Notes: generated by a model from the sequence alone, not told the origin. 64,000 nucleotides of DNA from an uncultured archaeon (GCA_963782915.1 CAWALK010000012.1:256001-320000), one strand, 5' to 3'. Counted from the first letter of the stretch, positions 32,193 through 42,534 are shown. A program made the numbers and translations.

Positions 32193-32859
32193 TGCTAAAC
32201 CACCGCAACTCCCAAAGTAGCTTATCTAAAGCACGAATTTCTGCATAACGTCTTGACAGATCACGTCTCAACAAAAGGTAAACCAGTGGAAAAGAGAGTA
32301 GGAACAAAATTGGTCCACCAAAAAAGACATGCCCTAGGTCAAATATGAAAGAAATACTGCTAACAACAAGACCAATCGCAAACAGAGTTATTACCCAATA
32401 AGCAGCCGCCTTCAATAGCCCATAAGCTGCATAACCGACTCGACCTAAGGAGATTTCATCAAATGTCGCAGACCAATCAATTTCTAACAATATCTTAACT
32501 GCTGAGGGAAAACCCTGTGTAAGCTCCTCTTTCCATTCGCCTTTTTTTACGGATCGAATTTTTCTTCGAATATAGAGTACACCGACGATTACCCCTGAAA
32601 TTGGAAGAAGTAACAGAAGAAGAGAGAATGTAAAGAAGAGAGAGTTATCGGGAGCCGCTGTCAGGTTTAAGAAGTTTAAGTATCCGCCGATTGCCAGAAA
32701 AACCATTAGAGCACTAAGAACAATCAAAGCGAATGGCTTAAGTGATCGGTATAGAGCGTTGTATTCTTTGACGTGATCAAGAGTCTCCATTAGCTCAGCT
32801 ACTTTTTTTACTACTGTTTGTTCTGTTAACTGTGAGGTTTGGGCGGTTTTTTCTTCCAT
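32167..32859 (-). CDS. 4-TM membrane protein of unknown function
   Basis: Two pairs of hydrophobic helices; its 3' end overlaps the wHTH start. Confidence 0.7.
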   Translation of the reverse strand: MEEKTAQTSQLTEQTVVKKVAELMETLDHVKEYNALYRSLKPFALIVLSALMVFLAIGGYLNFLNLTAAPDNSLFFTFSLLLLLLPISGVIVGVLYIRRKIRSVKKGEWKEELTQGFPSAVKILLEIDWSATFDEISLGRVGYAAYGLLKAAAYWVITLFAIGLVVSSISFIFDLGHVFFGGPILFLLSFPLVYLLLRRDLSRRYAEIRALDKLLWELRWFSNELERAEF

Positions 32860-33004
32860 TTTTTACATCGGAGACTCCAGAAGGAGGCTTGTATCAAAGC
32901 ACTAAGGTTAATTTCAGGGGATATAAATTGAACTCCCTCCGAATGAGCAGCGCAGCTACACACTGCCAAAAAAAGAATAGGGTTTGCTTAGCAAACAAAC
33001 CTCA

Positions 33005-34249
33005 TCAAAGAATGAATGGCAAGATAGCCCCTGCCAATACCAAGCCCAAGCAAGCAACAGCCACAATTACCGTTACTTGGTAAACGCGGTTCTCACTCAT
33101 TCGTTTGCCCGCAAGCTTCTTCAGCGTTATGTTGAAGATTCTGCCGCCGTCCATTGGGTAAATCGGCAATGCATTAAAGATTGCCAAATTGAAGTTAACG
33201 AACCATATCCAGAAGAGCAAGTTTGCAACAATCGCCCAACCAGAACCCAGCGGACTCGTATAGAATGGTGCCAATGTGTCTGAGAAGGGAATGTAGCCTG
33301 CGGCAAGTGTTGGAGGAACCATGTACATGGCGAGGCGTTCTATGGAGAATGTCTGGTAATTAGCTAACCGCTCCTGAGTTGCTAAGTCAAAGATTGAAAC
33401 GCCCATAACTGTGCGGTTATCCGATACAGTTACGTTTACGATGGTTGTGAATGTATCCTGCCAACTGTCGCCCCTTGCCACAGTTACCTGTATTGTGTCG
33501 CCTGCGGTTTTGTTATCCATAATCGCCTTAAGCATAGTAGAATTGGTAACAGACATGTTATCGATGGAAACAAGGACATCTTTAGGCAGCAAACCAGCAG
33601 TTTGAGCAGGCATACCAGCCGTAACATCGTTAATGTAAACACCGTTAACCATCGGAGTCAAACCGCCCACCAAAACGATAAGGCATAGCAAGCAAGCTGC
33701 ACCTACTAGCATGTTTCCGCCGACGCCTGCAGCCATAACTTTGAGGGATGGTCGGGGTTTTGCAGTTTTCAGTTGCTCTTCATCGACATCCACGAAGGCG
33801 CCTATGGGGATAATTAGGAAGAATAGTAAACCGCTGGATTTTACGTTGAAGCCGTTGTTTCGGGCGACGATTCCGTGTGCTCCTTCGTGTAATGCAATTG
33901 CTAGCACGATAGCTACCCATCCGTAAACTATGGGGAGCATTGGGTTGATTCCAGGGAGCATCAACAAGGCACCTGGGCCCATTTCTTTTACAACTTGACC
34001 AACCGCGGGGTTGTTTATCAAACTGATTAAGCTGCCCACTATGAGGTAGAGTGCAATCCCAGCTACAAGGGGCACCATGGCAAGGAACAGCCATGAAATG
34101 TAGCGTGCACCACGCATGGAGCCTAACTTGTCGAAGATAAATGAGAAACGTTTAGTCCTCACGGTTAGCATTGGAAACTTGAAATCAACTGTTTTCTCTT
34201 CAGATTGTTGTTCAGTTGGCTGATTTTCGCCTTCGCTGTCTTGTGTCAA
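33005..34249 (-). CDS. Site-2 protease (M50) with PDZ domain
   Basis: HEGAH (HExxH), AAGVGGN, PDZ segment (PA..AGL...DV..SID), FNALPIYPMDGG. Confidence 0.93.
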   Translation of the reverse strand: MTQDSEGENQPTEQQSEEKTVDFKFPMLTVRTKRFSFIFDKLGSMRGARYISWLFLAMVPLVAGIALYLIVGSLISLINNPAVGQVVKEMGPGALLMLPGINPMLPIVYGWVAIVLAIALHEGAHGIVARNNGFNVKSSGLLFFLIIPIGAFVDVDEEQLKTAKPRPSLKVMAAGVGGNMLVGAACLLCLIVLVGGLTPMVNGVYINDVTAGMPAQTAGLLPKDVLVSIDNMSVTNSTMLKAIMDNKTAGDTIQVTVARGDSWQDTFTTIVNVTVSDNRTVMGVSIFDLATQERLANYQTFSIERLAMYMVPPTLAAGYIPFSDTLAPFYTSPLGSGWAIVANLLFWIWFVNFNLAIFNALPIYPMDGGRIFNITLKKLAGKRMSENRVYQVTVIVAVACLGLVLAGAILPFIL

Positions 34250-34382
34250 TGCCTAAATCGCTCAACTAAAAACAGGTTTTCAACAACATAAACCTAGCGC
34301 AAATTCCGCCCCATTACTGTTTTGGCTCGTAATATATCGATTTTAGAAATCTGCTTCTTAAGCAAAGTCAGCAAATTACTGT

Positions 34383-34763
34383 TTGAGAAGGAAAAGAGAA
34401 GGAAGGAGAAGGCTTACGTACCACCTTAAGACAGCGGTGCTTCCGAGTTTCGTACTAGTGCTCATGGGCTCAATCGACTGTATAACTACGGTTATCGGCA
34501 TTCTGTACTTTGGCGCAGTTGAGCTTAATCCAGTGTTAGCAGGAGTAGTCAGCAACATTCCGCTGTTTATGGTGCTTAAGCTTTCAGCGACATTCTGCAT
34601 TGGGGGCACCTACATTTTAGCCAGAAAAATATTGAATACTGCCCACGATAAATCGACCAAAAGCTTCCGATACTCAAACATCCTAATGAAAGCTGTTTAC
34701 GCAGGCTTAGTTATCTTCTTAGTTACAGTTGTAGTTAACAATTTCACGGTCCTCTTAGCCTAA
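34383..34763 (+). CDS. Small membrane protein (DUF5658-like)
   Basis: D..TT..G...GA.E.NP and K...V.NN motifs. Confidence 0.7.
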   Translation: MRRKREGRRRLTYHLKTAVLPSFVLVLMGSIDCITTVIGILYFGAVELNPVLAGVVSNIPLFMVLKLSATFCIGGTYILARKILNTAHDKSTKSFRYSNILMKAVYAGLVIFLVTVVVNNFTVLLA

Positions 34764-34936
34764 ACCATTTTTTATTAGTCTGAACCTTCCCGTCGAAGAC
34801 AGACTACAGTGCTTTTGAGCATAAATCAAATATTGGTCTACCTACAACTCTAAAATAGTCAAGCACCAAGAGCAAAAAATAAAGAAACGCTTAACTGTAA
34901 AAGCACACGATATATGAAGCTTGAGAGGACGAAATA

Positions 34937-35575
34937 ATGCCGTTCAATCTATTCCGCAAAAAGAAAGAAACAGAACAGAAAACTCTAGCAACGCCAACGC
35001 AAGAACCACCACAAGAAACGCCAACTCAAGAAGCACCACCTCAGGTTACACCCGAAGATGCGCCTGAACATATCGTCCCAGAAGAGGAACCAACCCCTGA
35101 AGCGGCACCCCAACCGGCAGAGGCTGTTGAGGAGCAACCGCAGGAACCCGAAACAGTAGTAGCTGCTGAGGAACAACCACAAGAAACACCCGCACTGGCG
35201 CCAGTCCAAGAACCGCCACAAGAGCAACCATCAGAAGCACAGCCAACGGAACAGAAACCAACCCCAGTTGAACCGGCAAACAAAACCTACCTAAAAGCTA
35301 TGCCACTAAAAGAATTAGCGGACATAGACAACGTCAAAAACGAAGTTAGAAACGGCAACATCATAATTCTACGAGTCACACCTCTTGCAGGAAAAAGCAT
35401 CGAGGACGTAAAAACCGCAGTTAACGAGTTATTCTCATTTGCCGAATCAATCGGCGGCGACATCGCACGCCTCGGAGAGGAACGTGTAGTTGTTTGTCCT
35501 AAACAAATTAGAATTTGGCGGGAGAAAACTCCAGCGCCAGTAAGGGATAATCAACCGGTTCCTACAGTAGCCTAA
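34937..35575 (+). CDS. sepF: Cell division protein SepF with long Pro/Glu/Gln-rich linker
   Basis: C-terminal ..GNIIIL........EL.......GGDIARLG...VVVCP core; N-terminal FNLFRKKK. Confidence 0.8.
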   Translation: MPFNLFRKKKETEQKTLATPTQEPPQETPTQEAPPQVTPEDAPEHIVPEEEPTPEAAPQPAEAVEEQPQEPETVVAAEEQPQETPALAPVQEPPQEQPSEAQPTEQKPTPVEPANKTYLKAMPLKELADIDNVKNEVRNGNIIILRVTPLAGKSIEDVKTAVNELFSFAESIGGDIARLGEERVVVCPKQIRIWREKTPAPVRDNQPVPTVA

Positions 35576-37487
35576 AGGTTTCCAGTGTAGCTGGAACTAC
35601 TGTATTTATTCCGGCTTTTTGGTCTAAGAAGTTGCCGAAGTTTAATGTTTTCTGTTTTTCGCCGTGGACTACGAAGATGCGTTCTGGTTTTGGTGTTAAA
35701 TGTGTTAGGTAGTTTACGAGTTGTCTGCGGTCGCTGTGCCCTGAGAAGCCTTCGATGGTGTTTGTGCCCATTTTGACGCTGAGTGCACCCATTTTGCCTT
35801 CGTTATCCATCATGGTTACTTCGCCGACGCCTTTCTGTACGCGTCTGCCCATGGTGCCTTCAATTTGGTAGCTTACGAAGATGATTGAGTTGCGTTCGTC
35901 TGCTGCCCAATTCTTGAAGTACTCGATAACTGGTCCGCCTTCAAGCATACCTGAGGTTGCCAAGACAATGCATGGTTCGCCTTCCATTATGCTGCTGCGT
36001 TGGCTTGGGTGATCAACAATGGTGAAGTAGTCGGATTGGAATGGGTTGACTTCTTCGTGTAGGATGCTGTGGCGTACTTCTCTGCCGAGGTATTCTGGGT
36101 AAGCGGTGTGGATGGCTGTGGCTTCGCTGATCATGCCTTCGATGAATACTGGGGCTTCCTTCATCATGCCGCGTTTCATGTAGCCGTCGATGACAAGCAT
36201 AATTTCTTGTGCACGTCCGACTGCGGGGACGGGGATGAGGACTTTGCCTTTGCGTTCAAGAGTGGTGTTGATGACTTTGGTTAATGCCTCTTCTGCTTCT
36301 ACACGGCTAGGGACGATGTCGTCTGGGCCGCTGTAGGTGGATTCGGTGATGACTGTTTCGATGCGTGGAAACTCTGTTGCGGCTGCTTCGAGTAGCATGG
36401 TTCTGCCGAATTTGTAGTCGCCTGTGTAGACGATGTTGTGTAAGCCTTCGCCTATGTGTAAGTGAACCATTGCGCCGCCTAAGATGTGCCCTGAATTGTG
36501 CAGGGTTAATCTGATGTCTGGGGCAATGTCGGTGACAACGCCGAAGCGCAGTGGAATAGTGTGTAAGACGCATTCGCGGACGTCTTTTGAGTCATAGAAT
36601 GGTGTTACACCCTGCTTGTTAGCGACATCCAAGTAGTCCAACTGGAGCATAGTCATTAAGTTGGATGTTGGAGCTGAACAGTAGATTGGTCCGTCATAGC
36701 CGTATTTGTAGAGGAATGGGACTAAGCCGCAGTGGTCAAGGTGGGCGTGGCTGATGACGACGGCGTCTAATTGGTCAATCTGGAATTCGGGTGAATCGAA
36801 CCTTGGGAAAGACTCGAAAGGTCGATTGGTGCCCGGGTGAATACCGCAGTCCAACATTACGCTGCTTTCGCGGGTTTTAAGCAGGAAGCATGAGCGACCT
36901 ACTTCTTGTGCGCCGCCCAAAACGGTTAATCGTATGTCTCCGACATCATAGGTTTTTGGTCGGAAGATACGTTCGCCGACGTTTCGCAGGATACGTTCCC
37001 GTTCTTTGCTCTCTGAGTGGAGGTAGTGGCGCATGTGAGTGATAATTTTGGATTTAATCGGCGGACTCCTAAGTACGTGGGGGCGCCATTTTGTTTTCTT
37101 AATGATTTCTTGGAGGACTGCACCGTTTCTGCCGATGACTAAGCCTGGCTTTTTGGTTTCAATGATGATTTCGCCTAGGCTGGGATCAAAGTTTATGTCC
37201 GTTATTTCGGCTTCAGGTGCGATTAATTCACGTGTGATTCTTTCCGCTTCAGCTTCTGGGATACGTACGGATGGGTCGGGGCGGATGACGATTCTTTTTC
37301 TGATAACACCGACTATCTCCGCTACGATGCTGCTTTGATCAACCAAAATTTCGGGTCGTTTAGTATAAACCGCAAGCATAGGTCCCTCGTATTCGATACG
37401 GGTGACTTCAGCTTCACGGGGAACTTTTTCTAGAATATATTGACTTATTTCTATCTTATCTCTATCTTTTTCTTGTGTTCGCGCCAC
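35562..37487 (-). CDS. KH-domain beta-CASP ribonuclease aCPSF1 (FttA)
   Basis: N-terminal KH domains (KPGLVIG.NG); GG..EVGRS, SHAHLDH, GHILG, TSGML.GG and FSGHSD motifs. Confidence 0.95.
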   Translation of the reverse strand: MARTQEKDRDKIEISQYILEKVPREAEVTRIEYEGPMLAVYTKRPEILVDQSSIVAEIVGVIRKRIVIRPDPSVRIPEAEAERITRELIAPEAEITDINFDPSLGEIIIETKKPGLVIGRNGAVLQEIIKKTKWRPHVLRSPPIKSKIITHMRHYLHSESKERERILRNVGERIFRPKTYDVGDIRLTVLGGAQEVGRSCFLLKTRESSVMLDCGIHPGTNRPFESFPRFDSPEFQIDQLDAVVISHAHLDHCGLVPFLYKYGYDGPIYCSAPTSNLMTMLQLDYLDVANKQGVTPFYDSKDVRECVLHTIPLRFGVVTDIAPDIRLTLHNSGHILGGAMVHLHIGEGLHNIVYTGDYKFGRTMLLEAAATEFPRIETVITESTYSGPDDIVPSRVEAEEALTKVINTTLERKGKVLIPVPAVGRAQEIMLVIDGYMKRGMMKEAPVFIEGMISEATAIHTAYPEYLGREVRHSILHEEVNPFQSDYFTIVDHPSQRSSIMEGEPCIVLATSGMLEGGPVIEYFKNWAADERNSIIFVSYQIEGTMGRRVQKGVGEVTMMDNEGKMGALSVKMGTNTIEGFSGHSDRRQLVNYLTHLTPKPERIFVVHGEKQKTLNFGNFLDQKAGINTVVPATLETFRLL

Positions 37488-37492
37488 AGTAA

Positions 37493-38137
37493 TTAACTTC
37501 CTGCTTTAAGCAGATTAGATTTCTCTTCGTCGGTCAATTCCTTGTAACCATGCTCGTTAATGACGATGATGTTGTAGCTGTTGCCAGATGCGACATCGCG
37601 TTTCATGGCTGCGTTGACGGCTCTAGCGATTATGGGTAATATCTCGCTTATGGGCTTGTCTTCCTTGAATTTGTCTTCGAGGACACCGTAAGCAACCGGT
37701 GAACCGGAACCTGTGGAAACCATCTTTTCCTCAGTTAAGCTGCCATATGGATCCAAGTTGTAAACGTGTGGTCCGGTGTCGTCTATGCCTCCGACTAGGA
37801 CCTGAGTTGCTAATGGAATATAGCGTGCTTGGAATAGCAGGTTAGCGACTAATCTTGCCGCTGAAGAAACTGGGATGGGACGGTTCATGTTAATTTTGTA
37901 TAAGTGAGCGTTTGCGATTAGGATGTCTACGACGCGTTGGGCGTCAGCGACGGTTCCGGCGATGGTCATGCCGATGTGGTCGTCGATTTTGTAGACTTTT
38001 TTGCCTGCTTTGTGAGCAACATAATAGCCCATGGTTACACGTGTGTCTGATGCTAAGATTACACCGTCTTTGCAGACGACGCCGATTGTTGTGGTTCCTT
38101 TAAGGACTAGTTGGCTAGCTACATTATTTTGTGACAT
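37493..38137 (-). CDS. psmB: Proteasome subunit beta
   Basis: Propeptide ending G/TTTIG; TGSGS; RDVASG. Confidence 0.95.
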   Translation of the reverse strand: MSQNNVASQLVLKGTTTIGVVCKDGVILASDTRVTMGYYVAHKAGKKVYKIDDHIGMTIAGTVADAQRVVDILIANAHLYKINMNRPIPVSSAARLVANLLFQARYIPLATQVLVGGIDDTGPHVYNLDPYGSLTEEKMVSTGSGSPVAYGVLEDKFKEDKPISEILPIIARAVNAAMKRDVASGNSYNIIVINEHGYKELTDEEKSNLLKAGS

Positions 38138-38302
38138 AGTTTGATGCTCCCTAAAACTCCGTTTTGCGGAATGCCCATCCACTAGGAAGTAGCATGATTT
38201 AATCTTTCTAAGGCATTAATTAAAGATTTCGCCAACTCTGATACAGTCATGTGGAGACGTGGGCTAAAGGTTTTTAGGAAAGTTGATGATTTTTAGTGCG
38301 CA

Positions 38303-38369
38303 TTGGCGGGTGAGTGGTTCTCCTACCCGTTCCGCCAAAGAAAATAAAACCCGGGAGTAGGGAGAAATG
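38303..38369 (+). ncRNA. Candidate preQ1-I-like riboswitch in the queT leader
   Basis: Stems TTGGCGG/CCGCCAA and AGTGG/CCGTT; loop TTCTCCTAC; A-rich tail; loop complementary to the GGAG/GGAGA SD before ATG 38367. Confidence 0.55.
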
Positions 38370-38923
38370 CATTTGAAAATAGGATCAAAAAACTTAGCTT
38401 TAATTGCAATGTATGCTGCGTTGTATGCAGCGCTTAGTTATCGGTTTAGGACTTCTTGTCTTATGGGCCGCTTCAAGTTCGAGTGGCAGATTCAATGGTT
38501 GCTGCGGTGCCGATTTTTGGCTTAGCAGGCGTTTTAGGCCACACACTTGGAGTGTTCATCGCTAATCTTGTTCTCCACTGCAGGGTTACTTGACTTGTTA
38601 AACACAATACCCTCCTTTGTCATGGCTTACTTGTGTATATTATACTTACAACGAAAACAAGCAATGACTACACAGTAATCGTAACCTGCATCGCTTATTC
38701 AGCGGTTCTGGGTATAACAGTCGGCTGGATGCTATCTTACCTCTATGGGTACCCATTGCTTGTAACCATCGGCTATGTAATCATTGGAAACATTATTGCC
38801 AGCGTACTCATTGGATGGCCACTGTTTAAGGTCCTAAAAAAAGCGGGGATTCAGAGATGGTTTGAGAATGGACGGGGCAAATATGCTCATCCTCCCCAAA
38901 GTCAAAAGGAAAGTGAACAATGA
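38367..38923 (+). CDS. queT: QueT-family queuosine-precursor transporter (frameshifted; N-terminus absent from ORF track)
   Basis: Manual translation MHLKIGSKNLALIAMYAALYAAL, then SYGPLQVRVADS...GVFIANL, matches the QueT pattern; directly upstream of queC. Confidence 0.8.
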
Positions 38924-39579
38924 TGAATCAGGCAAAGAAATGTGTAATCGTTCTTAGCGGCGGACCAGACTCAGCCACCGTCGCTTATTGGGCAAAAGCA
39001 GAAGGCTACCAAATCTACCCCATCACATTCAACTACGGACAAATCGCCGTCAAAGAAACCCAATCCGCCCAGCAAATCGCAGAGAAACTCGGCACCACCA
39101 CCAAAATCATCGACCTCTCAAACCTCAAAACTATCTTCAGCGGCGCCACCTCACTCGTCAACCGAGACATCCCCCTAACAGCCGAATTCAGCAGCCCCAT
39201 CATCGTACCCTTCCGCAACGCCATCTTCCTCTCAGCCGCCGTCGCATACGCAGTCACCGTAGGCGCAACCCACATCTTCTATGGCGCACAAGGCAGCGAT
39301 GAACCCAACTACCCCGATTGCAGGCGCGAATTCTATGAAGCCTTCGAAAAAGCTGCACGACTAGGAACAGAGCAGGAAATAACTATTGAAGCACCCTTTA
39401 ACGGATACAAAAAATCGGAATTGCTCAAGGAAGCCGTTAAGTTGGGAGTGCCGCTTGAGCTCACATGGTCCTGCTACCGTGATGGCGAAAAGCATTGCGG
39501 AAAATGCGAGTCCTGTGTTAACCGCAAAAAAGCGTTTGCTGAAGCAGACTTAGCTGACCCCACAACGTATGAAACTTAA
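38920..39579 (+). CDS. queC: 7-cyano-7-deazaguanine (preQ0) synthase
   Basis: SGGPDS, YGQ, VPFRN, YPDCR and TWSCY...HCG.C.SC motifs. Confidence 0.96.
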   Translation: MMNQAKKCVIVLSGGPDSATVAYWAKAEGYQIYPITFNYGQIAVKETQSAQQIAEKLGTTTKIIDLSNLKTIFSGATSLVNRDIPLTAEFSSPIIVPFRNAIFLSAAVAYAVTVGATHIFYGAQGSDEPNYPDCRREFYEAFEKAARLGTEQEITIEAPFNGYKKSELLKEAVKLGVPLELTWSCYRDGEKHCGKCESCVNRKKAFAEADLADPTTYET

Positions 39580-39669
39580 CTCTTATTTTTCAGTAAATTA
39601 AATATCAAGCTCCAAACCTTTGGTAGCATATGGCATTGAGTAAGCTCAAGACTGAGCCTAGCAATAATA

Positions 39670-40980
39670 TTGCTTTTGCTGTTCGCCTTCCAACCTATAC
39701 TTTCAGCTCAAGGGGAGATAACGGCATCCAGCCAACTAGTTGATGCACGGGGTACTGGTGGCCAACTGTTCCTTGATTCACGGAATATCCCACACATTTT
39801 TTATCTACATGAAACTCAGGACGTAAGAGACCCTCCAAGCCCATTGTATTACGCTGTTTGGACAGGCCAAAACTGGAGTATAAACGTTGTAAAAGAAGCC
39901 AGCGGAAACAAACTATTAGTAGACTCAAACAACAAACCCCACCTAATTAACATCATCAATGGCTCATTCGAAGACTACCCTTTAATTGGCGACAATTGGG
40001 AAATCGCTAATCTTGGGTTATCTCCTGTGTCAGGCAAAACGCTGGCATTAGATTCAAATGGTAAACTGTACCAGCTTTATGCTAATTATACCCACATCAA
40101 TAGCACTTATACGTCTACGGTGAGCGTTGCCATTTGGACTAAGTCAGGCATGACACATGAGAAAGTAGATGAAAAAATAAGCAACTCGCCTCTAGAGACT
40201 TTGACCCCTGATTCCTTAGTTCTTGACTCCATGGGAAGACCGCATGTCACCTATACGGAGACAGCACTGAATACAATTGAGGGAAACCAACAAACATTTA
40301 CGGTTAACAATATCAAATATGCGATCTTAATAGGCCAAAATTGGATAACCCAAACTGCCGCTACAAATATGGTCTCGCTTTATCCGCGAATGAGCGATAC
40401 TGTTCTTGATTCGCAAGGGCTGCCTCACTTATGCTTTGTTTACGATAATTCAACCTATCTTCCTGATGGCTACTCCACAGATAGGAGAGTTCTTGAATAC
40501 CTTTACTGGAACGGTTTCTCATGGATCCAGCAAGTTGTTAACCCAGAGGCTCAGTATATCACTTCCATGAATCCAGTTGTTCATTTGGACAGCTTGGGCA
40601 AACCGCAAATATATTACTATAATCAAAACTATCAGGACGAAAACAAGTCGGGTTTGATGGTCGCGTATTGGACAGGGGCAGCATGGGAGAATCAAAAGAT
40701 TTGGCAATTACCGCATAATGATTACGGCTCTCAATCCCAATATATCTCCAACCTAGAATTCGATTCTAATGGAAACTTATACTTTACCTACCGTTCAGCA
40801 ATGGGGACTTACCACAGTGCATTGAGGTACGGCAACTTAACCTATGTCTCCTTAGAAGCACCCAATTTCATTGAAGTACCATCAACGCAAATAGTACTGC
40901 CGGTTCTCATTATATTCACAGCAATTTTACTGGTTGTCTGTGTCCTTGGAAGAAAAAGGCTATTATCAAAGAAAAGATGA
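39670..40980 (+). CDS. Secreted, C-terminally anchored repeat (beta-propeller-like) protein
   Basis: Repeated LDS.G.PH units and W.G..W motifs; C-terminal TM with basic tail. Confidence 0.75.
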   Translation: MLLLFAFQPILSAQGEITASSQLVDARGTGGQLFLDSRNIPHIFYLHETQDVRDPPSPLYYAVWTGQNWSINVVKEASGNKLLVDSNNKPHLINIINGSFEDYPLIGDNWEIANLGLSPVSGKTLALDSNGKLYQLYANYTHINSTYTSTVSVAIWTKSGMTHEKVDEKISNSPLETLTPDSLVLDSMGRPHVTYTETALNTIEGNQQTFTVNNIKYAILIGQNWITQTAATNMVSLYPRMSDTVLDSQGLPHLCFVYDNSTYLPDGYSTDRRVLEYLYWNGFSWIQQVVNPEAQYITSMNPVVHLDSLGKPQIYYYNQNYQDENKSGLMVAYWTGAAWENQKIWQLPHNDYGSQSQYISNLEFDSNGNLYFTYRSAMGTYHSALRYGNLTYVSLEAPNFIEVPSTQIVLPVLIIFTAILLVVCVLGRKRLLSKKR

Positions 40981-40982
40981 TT

Positions 40983-42044
40983 TTAGAAGAGGGTTTTCTG
41001 TTTTTCACAGGATACCAAACTGGAAACCCTAACACCAATCAACCTCATTTTCCGCTCCGTATACAGATAGGGCAGCAGTAGTTCTTTGGCGGTTTTCTTT
41101 AGGTCTTCAACTCGATTAGTTAGGCGGGGTAGGGTTTTGCTTTTTGTGTGGGTTTCGAAGCCTTGGTAGCGGATTTTGACGGTTACTGTTTTGAAAAGCA
41201 GTTTTTGGTCGGTGGTTTCTTTGGCTACGTTTTCGCAGAGTGCGTCGAGGGCTTGAAGTATAGCGGCTGGGTCGGCTGTGTCTTCTTCGAAGGTTGTTTC
41301 GTGGCTGACGCTTTTGACGCCCTCACGTTCCTCCACTTCGCTACGATCCAAACCTTTAGCCATTAAATGCATCTGCATCCCCATCACCCCAAACATGGAA
41401 CTCAAAACGGAGGGGTCGTATCGGGCTAAGTCGCCGATGGTGTTTATGCCTAAGGCTTTTAGTTTAGGCTCAGTTTTCTTTCCTACCCACAGCAGCTTGC
41501 GCACTGGCAAGGGGTCGAGGAATTTTTGGGCGTCCTCTTCTTTGACGATTGTTAAGCCGTCGGGTTTTTGGAAGTCGCTGGCGACTTTGGCGATTAACTT
41601 GTTGGGTCCTACTCCGATTGAGGCGGTAAGGTGCTCAGTGTTTTTTATGTCCTGTTTTATCTGGCGTGCCAGTGTTTCAGCTTCTGTCCAATCCTTCACT
41701 CTATCAGTTACGTCCATGAAGGCTTCGTCGATGCCCCATTGCTCAAATTTGCCGGCGTATTTGCGGGCTATCGCCATGATTTCACCCGAGACTTTGATGT
41801 AGAGTGGAAAGTTGGGCGGCAGATACACAGCTTTTGGGCAGAGCCGCCAAGCCTGCGAAATAGGCATTCCTGAACGTATGCCTGAGGCGCGGGCTTCATA
41901 GTTGCTTGTGCTCACTACTCCTCTGCCTTTGCCCTCTTTAGGGTCTGAACCGACTATGACTGGGTTGCCTTTGATTGTGGGGTTTTCCCTTTCTTCGACT
42001 GCGGTGTAGAAGTGGTCCATATCTAAGTGGAAAATTATCCTCAT
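40983..42044 (-). CDS. dinB: DNA polymerase IV (Y-family)
   Basis: FHLDMD.FY.AVE, ST.NYEAR..G..SGMP, IDEAF.D, AK.ASD..KPDG, RLIGV motifs. Confidence 0.95.
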   Translation of the reverse strand: MRIIFHLDMDHFYTAVEERENPTIKGNPVIVGSDPKEGKGRGVVSTSNYEARASGIRSGMPISQAWRLCPKAVYLPPNFPLYIKVSGEIMAIARKYAGKFEQWGIDEAFMDVTDRVKDWTEAETLARQIKQDIKNTEHLTASIGVGPNKLIAKVASDFQKPDGLTIVKEEDAQKFLDPLPVRKLLWVGKKTEPKLKALGINTIGDLARYDPSVLSSMFGVMGMQMHLMAKGLDRSEVEEREGVKSVSHETTFEEDTADPAAILQALDALCENVAKETTDQKLLFKTVTVKIRYQGFETHTKSKTLPRLTNRVEDLKKTAKELLLPYLYTERKMRLIGVRVSSLVSCEKQKTLF

Positions 42045-42534
42045 GCCGATGTCACCCGCACCTTACTTTCCCTTTTTCTTGCTTGACTATTAGGCTTTTC
42101 TACCCTCGGTCTATGGCTACTCAATCAAGGTTTTCTCCAAGAGTCCAAACAAACCAGCTTGCCAGTTCCTCAGAACTCGCGTCTCGATCCCGAATTACCG
42201 CAAGTTATTACGCTTAAACGCTTACGCAAAAGTTCTCTATAATAAAGAAACAACTCGAGAAGTAGCCGAGCACTGTACTTGTAGTATTATTGGGTAAGTC
42301 AGATTTTTTTTGGCTTGTTAACTTAAACTATATCTCTAAACTCAAGAAAACTTTTTCTATTTTCTCGGGAAAACAAAGGAAAGATAAGCAAACCATTTGA
42401 TCATAAGATGCGATTTTGCCGCCGCCATAGAAGCGCTGACTTACCTGTTAATTCTAAATTTTAGGGAATGCGCTGTTGAGACACACAAAGGGTAATTATA
42501 TACAAGCGGTATTTGTCGGTATGAGTTCGTTCAG

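Noticed and set aside
34985-35283. Tandem DNA repeat and overlapping minus-strand ORFs within sepF
   Set aside because: Explained by low-complexity P/E/Q coding on the plus strand.
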